Below, piece after piece: positions 1 to 14,910 of a stretch of 64,000 nt of DNA. The position numbers and the translations under genes are program-made. Location: NCBI GenBank assembly GCA_013265495.1, contig MU058451.1:479023-543022 (forward strand). The letters run 5' to 3'. Under the pieces are notes generated by a model, which did not search any database, was not told where the DNA came from, and was given only the letters and a program-made list of their open reading frames with translations. Origin of the DNA: Vicugna vicugna (taxonomy: Eukaryota). The stretch's first letter is position 1; the number at the start of each line of letters is the position of its first letter.

Positions 1-2089
1 ATGTGCCCAGCTAAAGATTGGGAGATCTAAAACATGGAGAAAAGAAGATAAACTGGGGGCCAACTAGGTCCCTTCTCTGCCACAATTATTACTGGCCCTA
101 TTTTATAGATAAGAAATCTGAGCCTTAGAACTATTAACTTGTCCAAGTCATCTGGCTAATCCATGTTTCCAAGAAGACTTAAAACTAGATCTGCCTATCT
201 GAAAGTTCTGTGCTATTGGAGCAGGAGCGAAGGGGGTGTGGGATAAATTTTAGAAGCCTAGTAATATTGCCTTAAATGTTATCTCCATTCGTTATTGCCA
301 TGTAACAAATCATGCTAAACTTAAACAACAGGCATTTACTTAGCTGAGGAATGTATAGGTTGGTTGGCTGAGCAGTTCTGATCTGAGGCAATTTTGATTG
401 ATCTCTGCCTGGCAGTTCGCGGGGGGCTGATCTAGAATTGCATTGGCTGTGATAACTTGACATTACTCCACACAAGCTCTCATCCTCCAGCAGGCTAGCT
501 TGGGCTTGAACTTGTGGCATGGGAGAAGTCCAAGAACAGAAGCATGCAAGGCTTCATGAGACACTGGTTCATGATTGGCTCAATGTCATTTCCACTGCAT
601 TCTATTAGCAAAGTAAATAACAAGACCAGCCCAGATGCACGGGGTGGGGCAACAGACCCCATCTCCTGGGGCAGTGCAAGTCACATTGCCAAGAGTGTGT
701 ATGTAGGAGAGTACTTACACATACAGTTTTCTCTTCTGCTAAACTGAACCTGGATTAAGTCCAGGAAGGGCTACAGAGTGAAAGAGTCTGTGGCTAAAGA
801 TTTCCTCATAGTCCTGTGAAACGGTAATTGGTCCTGAATTGCATTCTTCCCCAAAGTAAAATGCCCATGTTAAATCTTAATTCAAAGTGTGTGGACATCT
901 GCAGGTTCTTGAGAAACAGAATGGAAAGAGTTAGCTTTGTTTTCTGGATTGTTTCGACCAGTTTGTTTATTCATTCACTCAACAAAAAAGCATTGAGTGG
1001 CTCCCATGTCCCAAGCACTATGCTAGGCGGTGAGAGATAATGATTAGCAAATCTCAAAATGGTGCCTACTTCCCTGGAGTTTACCCCTGGGGCTGGGGAG
1101 ATGAGACATTGTTTAATCTCACAAATACATGCATCATGACAAAATGCAAAAAGTGACAAGAAGTAAGGGTATATGACGACATGAGACTTTCTGAAACAAA
1201 GCCAATCTGGTCTGGGGCATCAAGGAAGCCTTTCTTGAAGAAGAGATGTTCAAGTTGAGCTGTGAAGGATAAGAATTCGAATTAGGAGTGTGGAGAGAGG
1301 GCAGGGTTCCAGGCAAAGAAACGGCATTTTAAAGGCCTTAAAGTGGCAGGGAGCCTGGCACTTAGGAAGAACTGAGAGAAAGCCAGTGGGACCAAAACAC
1401 AGAGCGGCAAGGGAGGTGGGTTATAAGGTGAGATGGAAGGGCTAGTGGCTGTCAGATGACTCTGGACCTTAGGTGGTTATAAGAAACATTTGCTTTTACC
1501 TTCAGAATAAAAAAGAGGCAAAGGTAATGACATGTGGAGACCTGTGAATGTGAAAGATCACTTTGGGGTTAGGTGCAAAGTTGGGTAGGTAGAGACCAAC
1601 TGGGCAGCTATTACAGCATCCAAGTGGAATGTGAGAGCTTAGATTAGGGTGATGATGGAGGAGAGGATAAGAATGAGACACATTCAGGAGATTCTGATGA
1701 TAAAACCAGTCCCAGTGTAACATGTCAGCTATGAGAAGTGGGGAAGAGGGAGACGTGGTATATTGAGTTTTTCACCCCTTCCTGCATCCGTGCTGTTGTC
1801 AGGACCTCCCTGTCATGTCTAGACTTTGGGTTTGACCACGGGGCTTCAGCCAGTGATATCAACAGAAATGTCAGTGTGCCACGCCAAGTCTAGGAGTTAA
1901 GAGACCTTGTATTTTCCTACTTTGCTTTTGAGCCACAGCCACCATCATGAAGGGGACATGCCTGGACTAGCCTACTACTCAATGGAGGGTGAGCGACACG
2001 TGGAGTGGAGCCACCCACAGACCTTCAGCAAGAAGCAAGCACCTGGCTGCTGTAACCTGAAACAGAGCGGACCAGCTGAGCCCCAACAT

Positions 2090-2450
2090 CATGTATTTGG
2101 GGTTAGGGCCTATAAGAAGGTAAGTTAGGGTTAAATGAGGTTATAAGGGTCAGGCCGTGATCCAACAGATTAGTGTCCTTTTTATAAACAAGGAGGGTTC
2201 TCTCTCCCTCTCTCTCTCTCCTCCCCTCTGCACCTCCCTCTCCACACACACCTAACAAAGAAGAGGTCATACAAGTGTACACGGAGAAGGGGGCCACCAA
2301 AAGCCAAGAGGAGGGGCCTCAAAATGACGCCTGCCTTGTTGATACCTTGATCGTGGACTTCTCAGCCTCCAGGGCTCTGAGAAACAAATCCCTGTTGTTT
2401 GTAAGCCGCCTGGTCTGGGGTATTTTGCTGCAGCAGTCTGAGCAGATCGG
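2090..2450 (+). mobile_element. MLT1 (MaLR) LTR
   Basis: gtatttgg...ggttaaatgagg...ataagggt and gacttctcagcctccagggctctgagaaacaaat motifs typical of MLT1A/B. Confidence 0.7.
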
Positions 2451-4489
2451 GACGTTGGGTGTGAGGCTGTGACAGGGCGAAGACGGGAGTGAAATGGATG
2501 GGGGATGCCCAAGGACAGCTCTGTGGGGGGGCAGGGCATAGGCTAGTCGTAAGTGGGCCTCTCCTCAGAAGGACACGCTTTATTTTGACAACTCAGATAC
2601 TACTCTGCTCTTTATCTACTTGAAGTTCAAAGTGGTCATCAGCGTTTCCCACGACCACGTTTCAGCGCAGTGAGCAATCCTGACAAACATGACACATGCA
2701 GAGTGGAGCAAGGGAGAGCAGGAGCATCAGCCGCTGCTGCGCCCACACGGGCCCCGGCTCCTGGCGTGGGACGGGGCTGTGGCTGGGGCGGCACCCAGGA
2801 CAGGGCCCAACGGCCTCATCCAAAGTCCTGCTTGTCTCCGAGGAACGAGCATGAAGAAGGTTGAGTTTAAAGGAGATTTTTTTCCTCCTGTTGACCTGAC
2901 CCAATCCATTTCCCTTCCCCTCGCAGAGGCTGCAGACTGAAGCTGATCTGCAAAAACATTTGCATGATCTTCTTATCTGAATTTTGTTTTTCTTCCTCAT
3001 TGCTGTGGATACACTGAGGTGGGCGTAGAGTGAAAGTTGGGGGAGAGATTTATTAATCTCCTGTGTCTGGAAGGAGAGGCTGCGTAAAACCCTCAAGCAG
3101 CACGTGTAAAAACCTTGCCTGCCACCTTTTAAAGTTGCCTCTAATACATGGCAGAGAATATTCTTAACACTGTTTCTTCTTTGCTGCCCAAGAATTTCAT
3201 ACCAGTAACTACTGGAAAGCTTAAGTGTCAAGCCAGAAGAGTCTTTGCCCTGACACGGTTCTGACTGAATGAATGCCATTTGTGATGTGTATGCGTGTGT
3301 GTGACAGAGACAGAAACAGAGAGAGACTGAGACACAGAAGGAGAGACACAGAGGGCTGGTTGTGGTGGTTCATTCCTAAGGCTGCGCTGTTGGCTGGTCT
3401 GGATTTCGTTCAACAGTTCTTTGACTGACATTTGACTCCGTTGCCTCTTTAGAATAAGGTCTTTTATAATTTCCTCCCTTTTTCCTGCATGATTTCTGTC
3501 CATCACTGGGTAGGGCAGAATTATTCCTAATGAGTTTTTGATTTGTTCTTTGGAGCCCCCGTTTTTCGTAAGGACACAAAAAAACTATTCATCCACATTG
3601 CTACCTTACACTAAACGTTCTTTGTTTAGTTAAATTCTACAGGCAGGGCAGCATAAACAGTCAAGAAAAAAAAATCATTGTACCGCCAGTTCTAAGAATC
3701 TGGCACCAAACGTTCCTCTAAGGTTTGTTTAAACAAGAAATGTATTAAAAGAGAGACATTTTTCACAGTGATGATGGCCTGGACCACAGAAGTCACATAT
3801 TTGAGTCCTGGACTTTGCAGAAGAACTAAGGAGCCTGTCAGTGAAGCTTTCCTCCAGGGAAGAGCTAATGGGAAGATTTCTTCACTTTGGAAATTCTGCA
3901 TCTTTTAGTTTTTCTAAGGATAGTTTCAGTTTTTTTAGGCTTAGCACATGTCAATACTTGGGAAGAGGGTCAGAGAAAAGCAGCTGGAAGTGAAAATAAT
4001 TCACTTGAAGCATTTAAAAAGTTCCTCTGTGAAATCATGTTATGTAGTGATTTTTCAATCAAGTTGATCTTAATTTTCCAGCCACTTTGCTTCCAATTCG
4101 ATCTTGTAGAACACCTTCAGCAGTAAGGATGTCACCGGGCAGAGCTGGGGTCAGGATGCTGTTTTACTGTGCAGCCTGCACGTGATTGTGGCTGTTCACT
4201 CCCTGATCAGACCTCTGTCCATTCCCACCTTGCTGCAGATTAGACTTCATGTTTGTCCTGAAGCATTCCTAGACTCATAGAATGTTTAGGGCTGACAGGG
4301 TCATTCACTCGTTCATTCATTCATTCATACAGTCTGGACATATTTGTGCTTTGTGCCAGGCATTGCCCCAGGCCCTCAGTAGCTTCCATTCCAGCAGAGG
4401 GGTGGATATAGAAAAAGCCATTATAACCCAATCAAATAAATGTTATAATGGAAGTGTGAGTATATAATAGAGAAGAACAAATCAGACTG

Positions 4490-4881
4490 CATATTAGATC
4501 TGTTTCTTTTACTTTAACCTTCGTATTCTATAGCTTTTGCTACAGGTTAAGAATGTTGCCTATAGCCTAAAATATACAGGAGAGCCCATTCTCAAGGCTC
4601 TGACCTTTAAGGGTACAACACTTTTCCATTCATATAGAGATTAAAAAGTTTCAAGACAGAGAGTAATAATTGTCTTGTTGGAGGTTTACAGGAACATCAC
4701 GACTTGACCTATGGGGACAAGCCTGAGTTCTAATTCAGGTAAGATGATTCTTTGGGACACTAGTCTACCATCTTCTCAGTCTGCTGGCTTTCTGAATAAA
4801 GCTGATATTCCTTGTCCCAACAACTTGTCTCCCAAGTATTGGCTTGTTGTGTGGCGAGCAGTACAAGCTTGGATTTGGTAA
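4490..4881 (+). mobile_element. ERV solo-LTR-like element
   Basis: AATAAA followed by U5-like tattggc...ggcgagcagtac...tttggtaaca end. Confidence 0.6.
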
Positions 4882-6839
4882 CAAGCAGAGCACAGTGGAA
4901 GCAAAGGAGTAGCTATTTTGTCAGTCTGTCAGGCTTCCTAGAGCTGACAGTGGGTATAAGAATAATGTTTCTATTGGAGAACAACATGTGCAAAGACATG
5001 GAGAAGCTGAGGGACCACTAGTGGCTGAGTATTGCTTGGGGTATATTGTGAGCAGGGGAGCCACTGCCAATGGCCTTGAAATGCTGTGATAACACCTTGA
5101 GAGACCTTAAATGTCTAGGTCTAAATGCAAGAGCATTTAGATTTTAAACTATTAGCAACAGGAGAATCATTGAAGATTTTTTAGCAGATATTTTATGTTA
5201 GAATGGTCAGTTTGGAACAAAGGGGTATGGATGGGGTAGTGGATGGAATCAGTGAGATTCAAGTCAGGGAAACCCAGGAGGTGAATGTAATAGTCCAGGC
5301 AACAGATGATGAAGGCCTGAATTAGGGCAGTGACTTTGGGCATAATGGGGAGAGATATTTAGAATAAGAGATTAACTGGGGATGAATATAAAATGAATCT
5401 AGCCTTTTCTGGCCTCACTGATTGGATGGAAAATTGTACCATTTTCCTGTATGAAATCTAGATATTTTCAGAGCAGTTTAGGGCTGAATGAAATGATGAA
5501 TTCAGTTTTATTCTTCCTACATTCAAACTGAAGATGTGGAATCCTGGAACTATAAATGGCAACTGACATGAGAGAAATCTGAGGAGGGGTCAAGACAGAA
5601 CTGTGGGGTATTCCACATTTAAAGATTAGAGCTCATCTCAACTCTGAATAGATTCCAGGTCCCACCCTAGAAGATTTAGAAGGCCTAGTGAGGAATGAGA
5701 ATCTGTTTTTAAAAAGCTCCTCAGGGGATTCTGATGATCAGCTAGAGCTGAGAACCACAGATCAAGTCCCATCCTATTCTAAGAAAGAGCTGGAGCCTGA
5801 GGTCCAGGGGGTGGAGTGACTTTCCCAAGGTCCCAGGGCTCCCTGGAGGCTGAGGGAGGCTCACATTCCCAGTCCACTGTCTGCAGCACTCACTTCTCCA
5901 TTTAGATTTTATTGTCCTTGTCTTATTTAGATTTTCAAACCTCTAGGGACAGTGGGTATTTACATTCTCTGTATATAAAATGTGATCAGTTATAAATGCA
6001 CGTCTGGCCGATCCGTGGGTCTGGTAGACTGAGGGAGCGCTGTCTCTCACAAATTCATGCCACTGGCTTCCTAACAACGCCACTTTGTATAGCACTCTCA
6101 TGTGTAGAGAGGAAACATGATCAGTGGCTCCATCTTAACATTCTGTTAGCAGCTTTCTGCAGAATCTGGTCTTGAACCTAACATCTTGGTGTATAATCTA
6201 GAACGTGGAGGAGAAAAATGCCTCTATTTTTGCGGGATTAAAATGGCCCAGAATATACAGGTCTTTAAGAATTGATGGATGATGCAGAAATAAAAGACAA
6301 GATTACTGTGTTTAGAAAAGTTGGGATCTCACTGCTTGTGGGAGACCTTAGGTGAATATCAGGATTTCTCTCCAGTTCTTCTCTCCTTCGGATCACATGT
6401 TCCCCTTGGAATGAGTCACAATAATATGACTCGCTTTAGCCAAAGAAATGTTAGCATAAGTAACGTGTATCACTTCTAGATAGAATAAACACGTGAAACT
6501 TCTCCATTCTCCATGCTCTGTGCTGCTGCCCAGTGAACCCTGAAGACTTACACTGAGATGGTGGTGTCACAAGATGGTAGAACTTCTGCCAACCTGGACC
6601 ATGGAGGCACTATGATGATCAGAGCCTCTCTGATGACCAGTGTAGGAAATATAGTATAAATTTTAAAAAAACAGAAAAACACCTCAAAAACTATTGTTTT
6701 AAGCCATTGAGATTTGGAGACGATTTATTTACAGCAGCATAATTTAGCATAAACTGACCCACGCACCGATCAATAGAAAATGTGCACGGGAAACAGGCAA
6801 CTAGTAACACAAAGGTGTCCCAAAGGGGAAAGATCTCTG

Positions 6840-7510
6840 CAGGCTACAGTAGTCCTAGACAGCAATGCTGGTCAGCTGGAATAATGGGATGCAGACTGGA
6901 TGGAGTTCAGCAGGGAAAAATTCAGGGTTATGCACTTGGAGTTGAAAAGTGAACATGTTCAAAGGCAAGGTGCCAACTACTCAAAGGCAGTTGGCTGGAA
7001 AATTAAAAGTATAGCTTTAGTGGATAGCCAGTTGACCGGGAGGAATTGTCACAACCCTGCAGTTCTGTTGATTGAAAAAAATGCAAGCAGAGAACTGTGG
7101 CAAATGAAAAGCATGTCTGTATCATGAGGTAATTGCTACACTGCTCTGCACAGATCACAACTGTAAGGGAGCTGGACCGGCTCTGGTCTCCATAGTTCAA
7201 TGGGATTCAGAGAATGTGGAAAGAGTTCAGAGCCAAAGCAAAATAGTCACTCAGTGACCGGCCAAGAAGGGCTAAAGACCTGGGATTACTTAGCCTGGAG
7301 AGAAAAAGCTCCGGGATCACTTAAGAAGCATCAGCAATGAACATAAACTTCAGAAGAGCCACTGCATGGAGGATAATGGCTGTTTTTTCTCTGTTGCCAA
7401 GAACACAAAACAAATGGGTTTATTAAAGTTCAACAAAAGGAAGAATTTCTTGATTCCAAGGGTTGTTTGACACCAGATAGGATGGGAGCTGTCTCTCTGG
7501 AGGACTTTAC
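6840..7510 (+). mobile_element. Ancient CR1/L3 LINE 3' fragment
   Basis: MEFSREKFRVMHLE resembles the CR1 MKFNxxKCKVLHLG motif; CR1-like 3' region follows. Confidence 0.65.
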
Positions 7511-8679
7511 AAAGATCCATGTTCTCTTGAATGTCATGGATTCACTGGTTCCTTCCTGAAGCTAAGGGATGGAAGGGTCTCTGTCTCTTTTCTGCCATGA
7601 CCCAGACAATGGATGAAGTCCACCATGGGACACCCCACTGTGGGCATGCTGACGTTTTGCACAACTCCCAGTAAGCTCCTGGAAACTACATTCTTTTCCT
7701 TCTTCTCAAGAAAACGTATCAGAAAACAAAGGAGAGCTGTTGTGATCAAGATTACCTCAAATCCTCTTCGTTAAAAAAGGTAAATATTTTGTAAATGTCA
7801 GTATTTTAAATTCTTGCTTGTAAAAATAACTTGTAATACGATCATTCAACACTTATTTAACAAATGGTGACTGAGTGGGGTGTATGTGTGTGTGTATTGG
7901 GTGGAGGATGCCTAAGGCTAAATCAACGTGCAGTTACGATTCAGTTGTGTAGGGCATGGGATCTGCTGTGAGACCACAGAGAAGGGCTGATTAGCCCCCA
8001 CTTGGAGCCCAGGAAGGCCTCCAAAGGAAGGCACATGCAAGCTGAAGTCCACAGCGGGAGAAGGAAGTTGGTTAATAGAGAAAGAAAGGCAAAGAAGCAG
8101 GGAGAGAAGATGTGTGTGTGAGGGCAGGAGGCTGGAAGCATCTGGAGGAACAGAGAAACAGGAAAATATCTGAATCCAGAACTAGGGCTGAGGGGGATGG
8201 GTGATGGCAGGAGGCAAGGCTGGTTTGCAGGTGGCAGGGCACACGGGGTCCTGGCTGCCATGATGAGAAGCCTGAGTTCCATCCCAGGAGCATAGTGGAG
8301 TCCTAAGACGGTTTACATAGGGAAGACATGATCAGGTTTGTACTTCAGAAAAAGCCCTCTTGCCATGTGGGAAATGGGTTAGAGGGGCTTTGAATTTAAT
8401 CTGGCCTGGATTGGAATCTATGTTCTGCATTATAAGCTATAAAATTTTTGACAAATTAATCTCACAGAGTCTCAGTTTCCTCATCTGTAAAATGGGTATC
8501 ATGATGTCCATCTGGCAGGGTGGCCATGAGGATAAACTTAAATATTGGGTGTAAAAGGCCCAGAAAGTGTCTGATACCCTGAAATAGGTGCTTAGCAAAC
8601 ATAGGTTCCCTTCTGTACGAATGTATCATCAATTTGCAAGTGATAAAGGCCCTGGACACCGTACAGAATCAAACACTTT

Positions 8680-9000
8680 TTCCATTTGAGAGTGATTATC
8701 TCATGGATAGTGTCCATAATCCTCTTAAAACTATAGAGACCGGACTAAATTTTCCTGCAGCCCTTTAATCATCTTTGTGGTTCTTTGTGGAATCCTCTCC
8801 AATTTTTGAAAATTCCTCTTCAATTGTGGAGCCCCCCAGCTCGATTAGTCACTGTAGAGAATTCACAATAATTAGATCAACAGAGCGCAGTCCCAGGCTG
8901 CTGCCTCCACCATGTAAACCCAGTTAGCTGGTCCCCGTCGACGAATAGGTTGTGTTCCAGGAGTTCATTAGTAAGTTGGTTGTTTGGAACACAGAAAGCC
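8680..9000 (-). mobile_element. Ancient CR1/L3 LINE fragment
   Basis: Reverse complement resembles the CR1 3' ORF2 region (ggagaggattccacaaagaaccacaaagatgattaaagggctg). Confidence 0.5.
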
Positions 9001-10292
9001 TTTCCCCATAGAAACAGAATTATTGATGGTGGCTGGTTTCCCAGGCCAGTGCATAAAAATCTATTTAATGCACAGGCAGCTGAACCAGGGCCTGGCAATA
9101 ATAGTCACTCAAGCCCTTGACTTGTCTAAGTCCCCATGGGACTCCCAGTCCCCCAGTCCCATGGAGCCCTGAGAGCCTCTGACCCTGGTCTTGCAACCCC
9201 GGGCCGTCCGAGGGAGGTGAGAAGTGGGCTGACAGTTTTTAACTGTTATCTGCAGCATAATTGCAAAAAAAACACTTCTCTGAGCTAGATCTTTGCCTGC
9301 AATTGTGCCTATTAATATATAAGCAAGTAATCAAGAGCTCCCTTATGATAAACACACCTACAATATGCTAAATACTTTACCTAGGTCTACTTAAATTATT
9401 TTAAATCCTCTTGATAATCTTGTAAGAAAACTATTCTTTTCATCTTTCCCTTTTTGCTGGTTTCTTAAGAAGATTTTGCATGGCACGGAAACAGGCAGGT
9501 AGAAGGCAGTGGAAGTGAGATGGGAGCCCCGGCATTTGTTCTGCAAAGCTGGGAGCTTTTTCACTGCACAACACTGCCTCCCAGTGGAGTGTGCTTAACA
9601 CAGAACCCAGTGTCACTAAATCAACTATGTATAATCTCCCTCCCAGTGAAGTAACAAGTTCTTCATTCATACATCCAACAAAGAATCTTTGAGTGCTTCC
9701 AATGAGCGAGGCCTTGGGAACGCAAAATTAAATTAGACTTGGTGCTCTCACAGAGTAGCTGAGAAAAGAAACAAGGAAATCAGGGACTGAAATCAATGAG
9801 ACAAGAATATGACCAAATTAAAAAAAAAAAAAGATTACACAGAAACCCAGGAGAGAGATTATTCAGACTAGGGTGGTTGTGATGGTAGGCAAAGAAGGCT
9901 TTCTGGAGGTGAAATGAACTGAGTTTTGAAGGATGAGTTGGAGTTAGATGTAAATCTACATGACAAGAGGTCGAAGGATATTCTGTTCAGAAGAAACGGC
10001 ATGTTTAAATGCATAGGGACACTAAACACATCAAAAATATGTTAAGTATTTCTTTGACCCATCTGCTTTTGTGATATGTCAGCACCGTTCAAAGATGAAG
10101 TAGCTGATCTTGTGGGATAGCAGACAAGTGAAAATAGTGTTTATTTTAGCTTTAATTTGCCTTTTTCCCACCGTGATGTTTTAAAATTCTTTATATATTT
10201 AAAAATGTATATTTGTATTTTTTCTGTGAACTGTCTATATTTTATTGATTTCTCTATTGGGTATTTTGGTCATTCAAAAATTGATTTGTTAG

Positions 10293-10974
10293 GAAATGGA
10301 AACACTAATTTGAAAAGATATCTGCACCCATGTTCATTGCAGCATTATTAACAATAGCCAAGATGTGGAAACAACCTCAGGGTCCATCAGTGGAATGAAT
10401 GGACAAAGAAGCTGTGATACACACACACACACACACACACACACAGAGAGGAAAGTTATTCAACCATGAAAAAGAAGGACATCTTGCCATTTGTGACAAC
10501 ATGGATGGAACTTGAGGGCTAAGTGCTAAGTGAAATAAATCAGACAGAGAAAGACAAAGACTATATGATCTCACTTATTTGTGGAATCTAAAACAAAAAC
10601 AAACCCAAACACCCTGAACACATAGACACAGAAAACAGATTGGTAGTTGCCAGCGGCAAGGGGTGGTGAGTGGGCAAAAGCGGTGAAAGGGGTCAAAAGA
10701 TACAAACTTCCAATTATAAAATAAATAAGTCCTGGGGATATAATGTACAGCATAGTGACTATGGTTAATAATACTCTGTTGTATATTTGAAAGCTGCTAA
10801 GAGAGTAGATCTTAAAAGTTCTTATCATAGGACAAAAAGTTTGTACCTCTGTGTGGTGATGGATATTAACTAGATTTATTGTGGTGATCGTTTGACAATA
10901 TATACAAATACTGAATTACTATGTTATACACCTGCCACTAATAAATTGTTATATGTCAATTATACCTCAGTTAA
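10293..10974 (+). mobile_element. LINE-1 3' fragment with TSD
   Basis: ORF2 end plus 3'UTR; TSD aaaaa(t/c)tgatttgttag at 10276-10292 and 10975-10991; internal (CA)n. Confidence 0.88.
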
Positions 10975-12434
10975 AAAAACTGATTTGTTAGAGCTCCTAA
11001 TTCATTACACAATCATTTATCTTTTGATTTAAAAAAATTCTTCTAAAAACTTTCCCCAGCCCTGATTATTTCATAACAATTAGCTTCTCTTTTTACCTTC
11101 AGATCTCTGATCCAGCTGGAGTTTGGTCCAGGCAGTGTGTAGTCTTGCACATACATTTCCCAGCCTGCCTTGTAGCTTTTCATCCTCGTGGCCAGGAGCT
11201 GGGAGTTGGGAGCCGGGAGCCTGGAGCCAGGAGCCAGGCTCAGCAGGTGACCCTGGGGCAGAGATGGGCTCCCCAAGTGTGAGAGGAGTCCAAGAAAGCT
11301 GGGGCCACTGCCTTGGCTGGAGCTGGGAGGCCGGTGCCCGTTTGCACTGGCAGGAGGCAGCAGAGAGCGGTACAGACAGAACTGAGTCAGCGCTGCCTGG
11401 TGCCCCTTCGAACCCTGCCCCCACCTTTATCTCTGTTGAACGAGAAAACCTGGTTCCGGACCAGAGGGTCCTAGGAGTCTTGATGCAGGCAGCAACAAAC
11501 CTGCCACAGGAGAGGCGGCTCAGAAAGATACGACAAAGCCAACAACACACAGACACCACACCAAAACAAGACAAGACAAGACAAAACAAAACAAACAAAA
11601 CAAAAATTCCAAAGCATGAGAAGAAAACTAGCACAAAGACACTCAACACACTAAACAGAAGGTAATTCAACCTCTAATTGAACACCACTGGCAGACTCCC
11701 CACCAGAATCTCTTTTCAATCAGGACAAATTAGCTGTGCTCGATCACTCCCGGGACATCCGGGTCAGTCCTCCACTCCTGCAGTCCTAATCTCCACGTGG
11801 CATCACACTTCCTTTATTCTGTCCACGCCCCCTCCCTCCCTAACTCCTGAAACCCTTATATCCAGCCCTTGGGTGTTAGCAAACTCCTGTGCACCCTTTA
11901 CCACCTTTCTGGACGCTCTCCTCAGCTTCTTGCTCTAAACAAAACATGATCTCACCCTGTTGTCCTCTTTCCAACCCACTGCAAAAACCCTGGTACCACT
12001 GGGCCTGGAAGTGTCCTCTCTCCTCATTGGTGCTTCCAGGCCATTCCCTCATCTTCCCTCCATCCACCCAGCTTTATTCTCCTGTCATCAAATTACATCA
12101 TCCACCATCCACAACATCGTAGTGCTGCATCCTCTGACCCAAGGGTACCCCCTCATGTCTCAGAAATGGTAGCTCCTAGCTCATTGTGAGTCTCTCCAAC
12201 TTCACTCCCATCTTAATTCTTGGTGATTTTAGCATACACATTGATGGTCGCTTCAATACCCAGGCCTCTCATACCTTGAACTCCCTTTGTCATCTACCAT
12301 TCCGTGTCTCCACTTACCCCAGTGGTCATTCTGTAGACCTAGTTACTGTCAATCACTGCAACCTCTCCAGCGTCTCAAGTCCAGGCATCCCCTTTTCTGA
12401 GCAAGACTTCCTGTCTCTCCAGCTCACATTTTAA

Positions 12435-13120
12435 GAAACTGAGATATAATTTACATATAACTTTATATTAGTTTCAAGTGCACAACCTAATGATTCAGTA
12501 TTTGTGTATATTGTCAAATGATCACCACAATGAATCTATTTAATATCATCACCACAGTTACAATTTTTTTCTTCTGATGAGAACTTTTATGATGTACTCA
12601 TTTAGCAGCTTTCAAGGATACAACACAGTATTATTAACCACAGTCACTATGCTGTACATTGTATCCCCATAACTTACTTATTTTATAACTGGAAGTTTAT
12701 ATCTTTTTACCCCCTTCACTCATTTTGCCCACTCTCCCCCTGTACCCCAGTAACCACCTAATCTATTCTCTTTATGAATGGGTTCAGGGTGTCTTACTTT
12801 TGTTTTTGCCCTAGATTGTACATATAGGGCAGGGGAGGGTATAGCTCAGAGGTAGAGTGCGTGCTTAGCATGCATGGGGTCTTGGGTTCAATCCCTGGTA
12901 CCTCCGTTAAATAAACAAGTAAATAAATAGACCTAATTACCTCTCCTATCAAACAAAAAATAAATAAACTACTTTGGTAGTAGATTGTGTATATAAGTGA
13001 GATCATACAGTTTTTGTCTTTGTCTGATTTATTTTACTAAGCATAATGCCCTCAAGTTCCATCTGTGTTATCGCAAATGGCAAGACTTCCTTTTTTTTAA
13101 TGATTGAATAATTTTTCCAT
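12435..13120 (-). mobile_element. LINE-1 3' fragment interrupted by a SINE
   Basis: Reverse complement resembles the 10293-10974 L1 3'UTR. Confidence 0.8.
12827..12980 (+). mobile_element. tRNA-Ala-derived SINE (Vic-1-like, camelid)
   Basis: ggggagggtatagctcag...gtgcttagcatgc...gggttcaatccc A/B boxes, aacctaattacctc-type tail; TSD tagattgt(ac/gt)atata at 12812-12826 and 12981-12995. Confidence 0.88.
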
Positions 13121-14684
13121 ATATATATATATATGCATTTTATTACGTGCCAGACATTTTATTTGCAAAGCTGTTTGTAGAAATAATTGAGTGAACTTGG
13201 ATGATGAGAGGATTTACGTTCCTAGTGCCTGGAGTGGGGGTGGGGGAGATGCTAGCAATAATCTGTTGAGGAACTGAGATGATTAGAAAGTTTTTAGTCC
13301 CCATTTTTAGGGCCTATGTATTTCAGTTCATTGATTCTCTTAGGAGGTATTTCTTCAGGGTCCCAACCCAAAGTGGAGGGTTTACTTGGGTCCTACCTTC
13401 TTAGTAAACCCTAAATTCCAGTCCCTGTGTCCTCAGCCCCAAAGAAGCTGTCAGAAGTACGGACCAGCCTCCCGGGACCTCAGCAGCCCCTCTGAAATGC
13501 GGACACCACCCTTGGTTCACCTCCCTTGCCCTGTAGTTCCCTGGATCAGGCCCAGTATTTCTTCACTCTCCTCTTAGTTCTCCTTTGCCTTTGAGTAGAT
13601 GACCCTTATCTTTTGTCCAGATTTTTCTGGTTTCTCTAAGGGAGAGTGTTTATCTGAGATACTTAGGTGGCCATTATCTTCCATTACCAGAAGTGGAAGT
13701 CCCTAAGTCTAATGCTGATAGCTTTTATTTTTTCCCCTCATTAATCTTAATTTTCTGATTTTCTTGAATAGTCTCAGTTGTTTATTCCAAGATAAATGTT
13801 TGAGTTACTTAATTGATTAAAATTTTCAATTGGCAATGCGATCAGAATTATATTATACCCGTAAATTAATTTAGGGAGTTTTGAGAACCTCAGTTTTCAC
13901 ATTCACAAAAATGGTGTGTCTCTCAATGTACTCGCATTTTTCAAATGTTCTCCTGTATAGTTTTATAATTTTTCGTTCCTGGACATTTATTGTTAAGTGT
14001 ATGCTTCTTTCTTTATCGTTTTGCTATTGTGAATGGAATCTTTTCTCTATTTCAGTTTTAACTGTTTAATAGTGATTTAAAGGATTTTTATATATTAATT
14101 TTATAAGTAGTCATTTTATTAGTTTATTTTCTCTTTTTTTTTTAATCATAAAAGCTTGTAAGGGCATGAGTTCACCCTTAAGTGTAGTTTTCCGGGCTCT
14201 TACTTTTAGGATAGGATGTTTAATTTTTTTTTTAATGTGAGTTTTTAAAAGCTTTATTGTAGATTAAATATGTTTTATTAATTTCTAATTTTATTATCTT
14301 TAATCAGAAAGTGTGATCTTTTAAGTTACTGCTATTTAAATTTTTTTCTTTTAGATTTTCTTTGCCCTAATATATGATCATTTTTCAAAAAAGTCTTCTT
14401 TGGACATACATAAAGTGTATGGTTCAAATTTCCATGACTTTGTTTTTGCCTAATTGGATTGATATAGGTTTTATGAAGGTGCTGTTACTACACTACAATG
14501 CAATTCTATTTCCATAACTCATTTTTATCTCTAAAAGTTTTGCTCTATGTGTTTTTGGTGCTGTATTACTTGATGAATACATGTTCAGTGCTATTATTAA
14601 TTCTCTATTGATTACATCTATTAGAAACATAAATAACTGTATTTATCTTATTGTATAAAGTGTGAGTTGTTAGAAGAGTAAATA

Positions 14685-14910
14685 CAGTCATCCCTCAGTA
14701 TCCAAGGGGGACTGGTTTCAGAACCTGCTGCAGGGACCAAAATTTGCAGATGTTCAAGTCCCATAGCTGGTCCTCTATGCCCACAGATGTGGAACTGTGG
14801 ATTTAGTAAACCAGGAGTCATGTATATTGTATGCATTTATCGAAAAAAATCCACATATCAATGGACCTGTGCAGTTTAAACTTGTGCACAAGTTGTTCAA
14901 GTGTCAACTG
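14685..14910. mobile_element. MER2-like TcMar-Tigger DNA transposon remnant
   Basis: Starts cagtcatccctcagtatcc, ends ttcaagtgtcaactg; TA on both sides. Confidence 0.75.

Noticed and set aside
2662..3279. 205-aa ORF
   Set aside because: No recognisable homology or exon structure; consistent with a chance ORF.
11080..11670. Overlapping 196-aa and 180-aa ORFs with GGAGCCA-like heptamer repeats
   Set aside because: Non-ATG starts, built from low-complexity repeats (heptamer and caaaa), no domain similarity.
12831..12905. tRNA-Ala-like sequences as real tRNA genes (also 26109, 28157, 63340)
   Set aside because: Shared SINE tail, TSDs and decayed stems indicate SINE copies.
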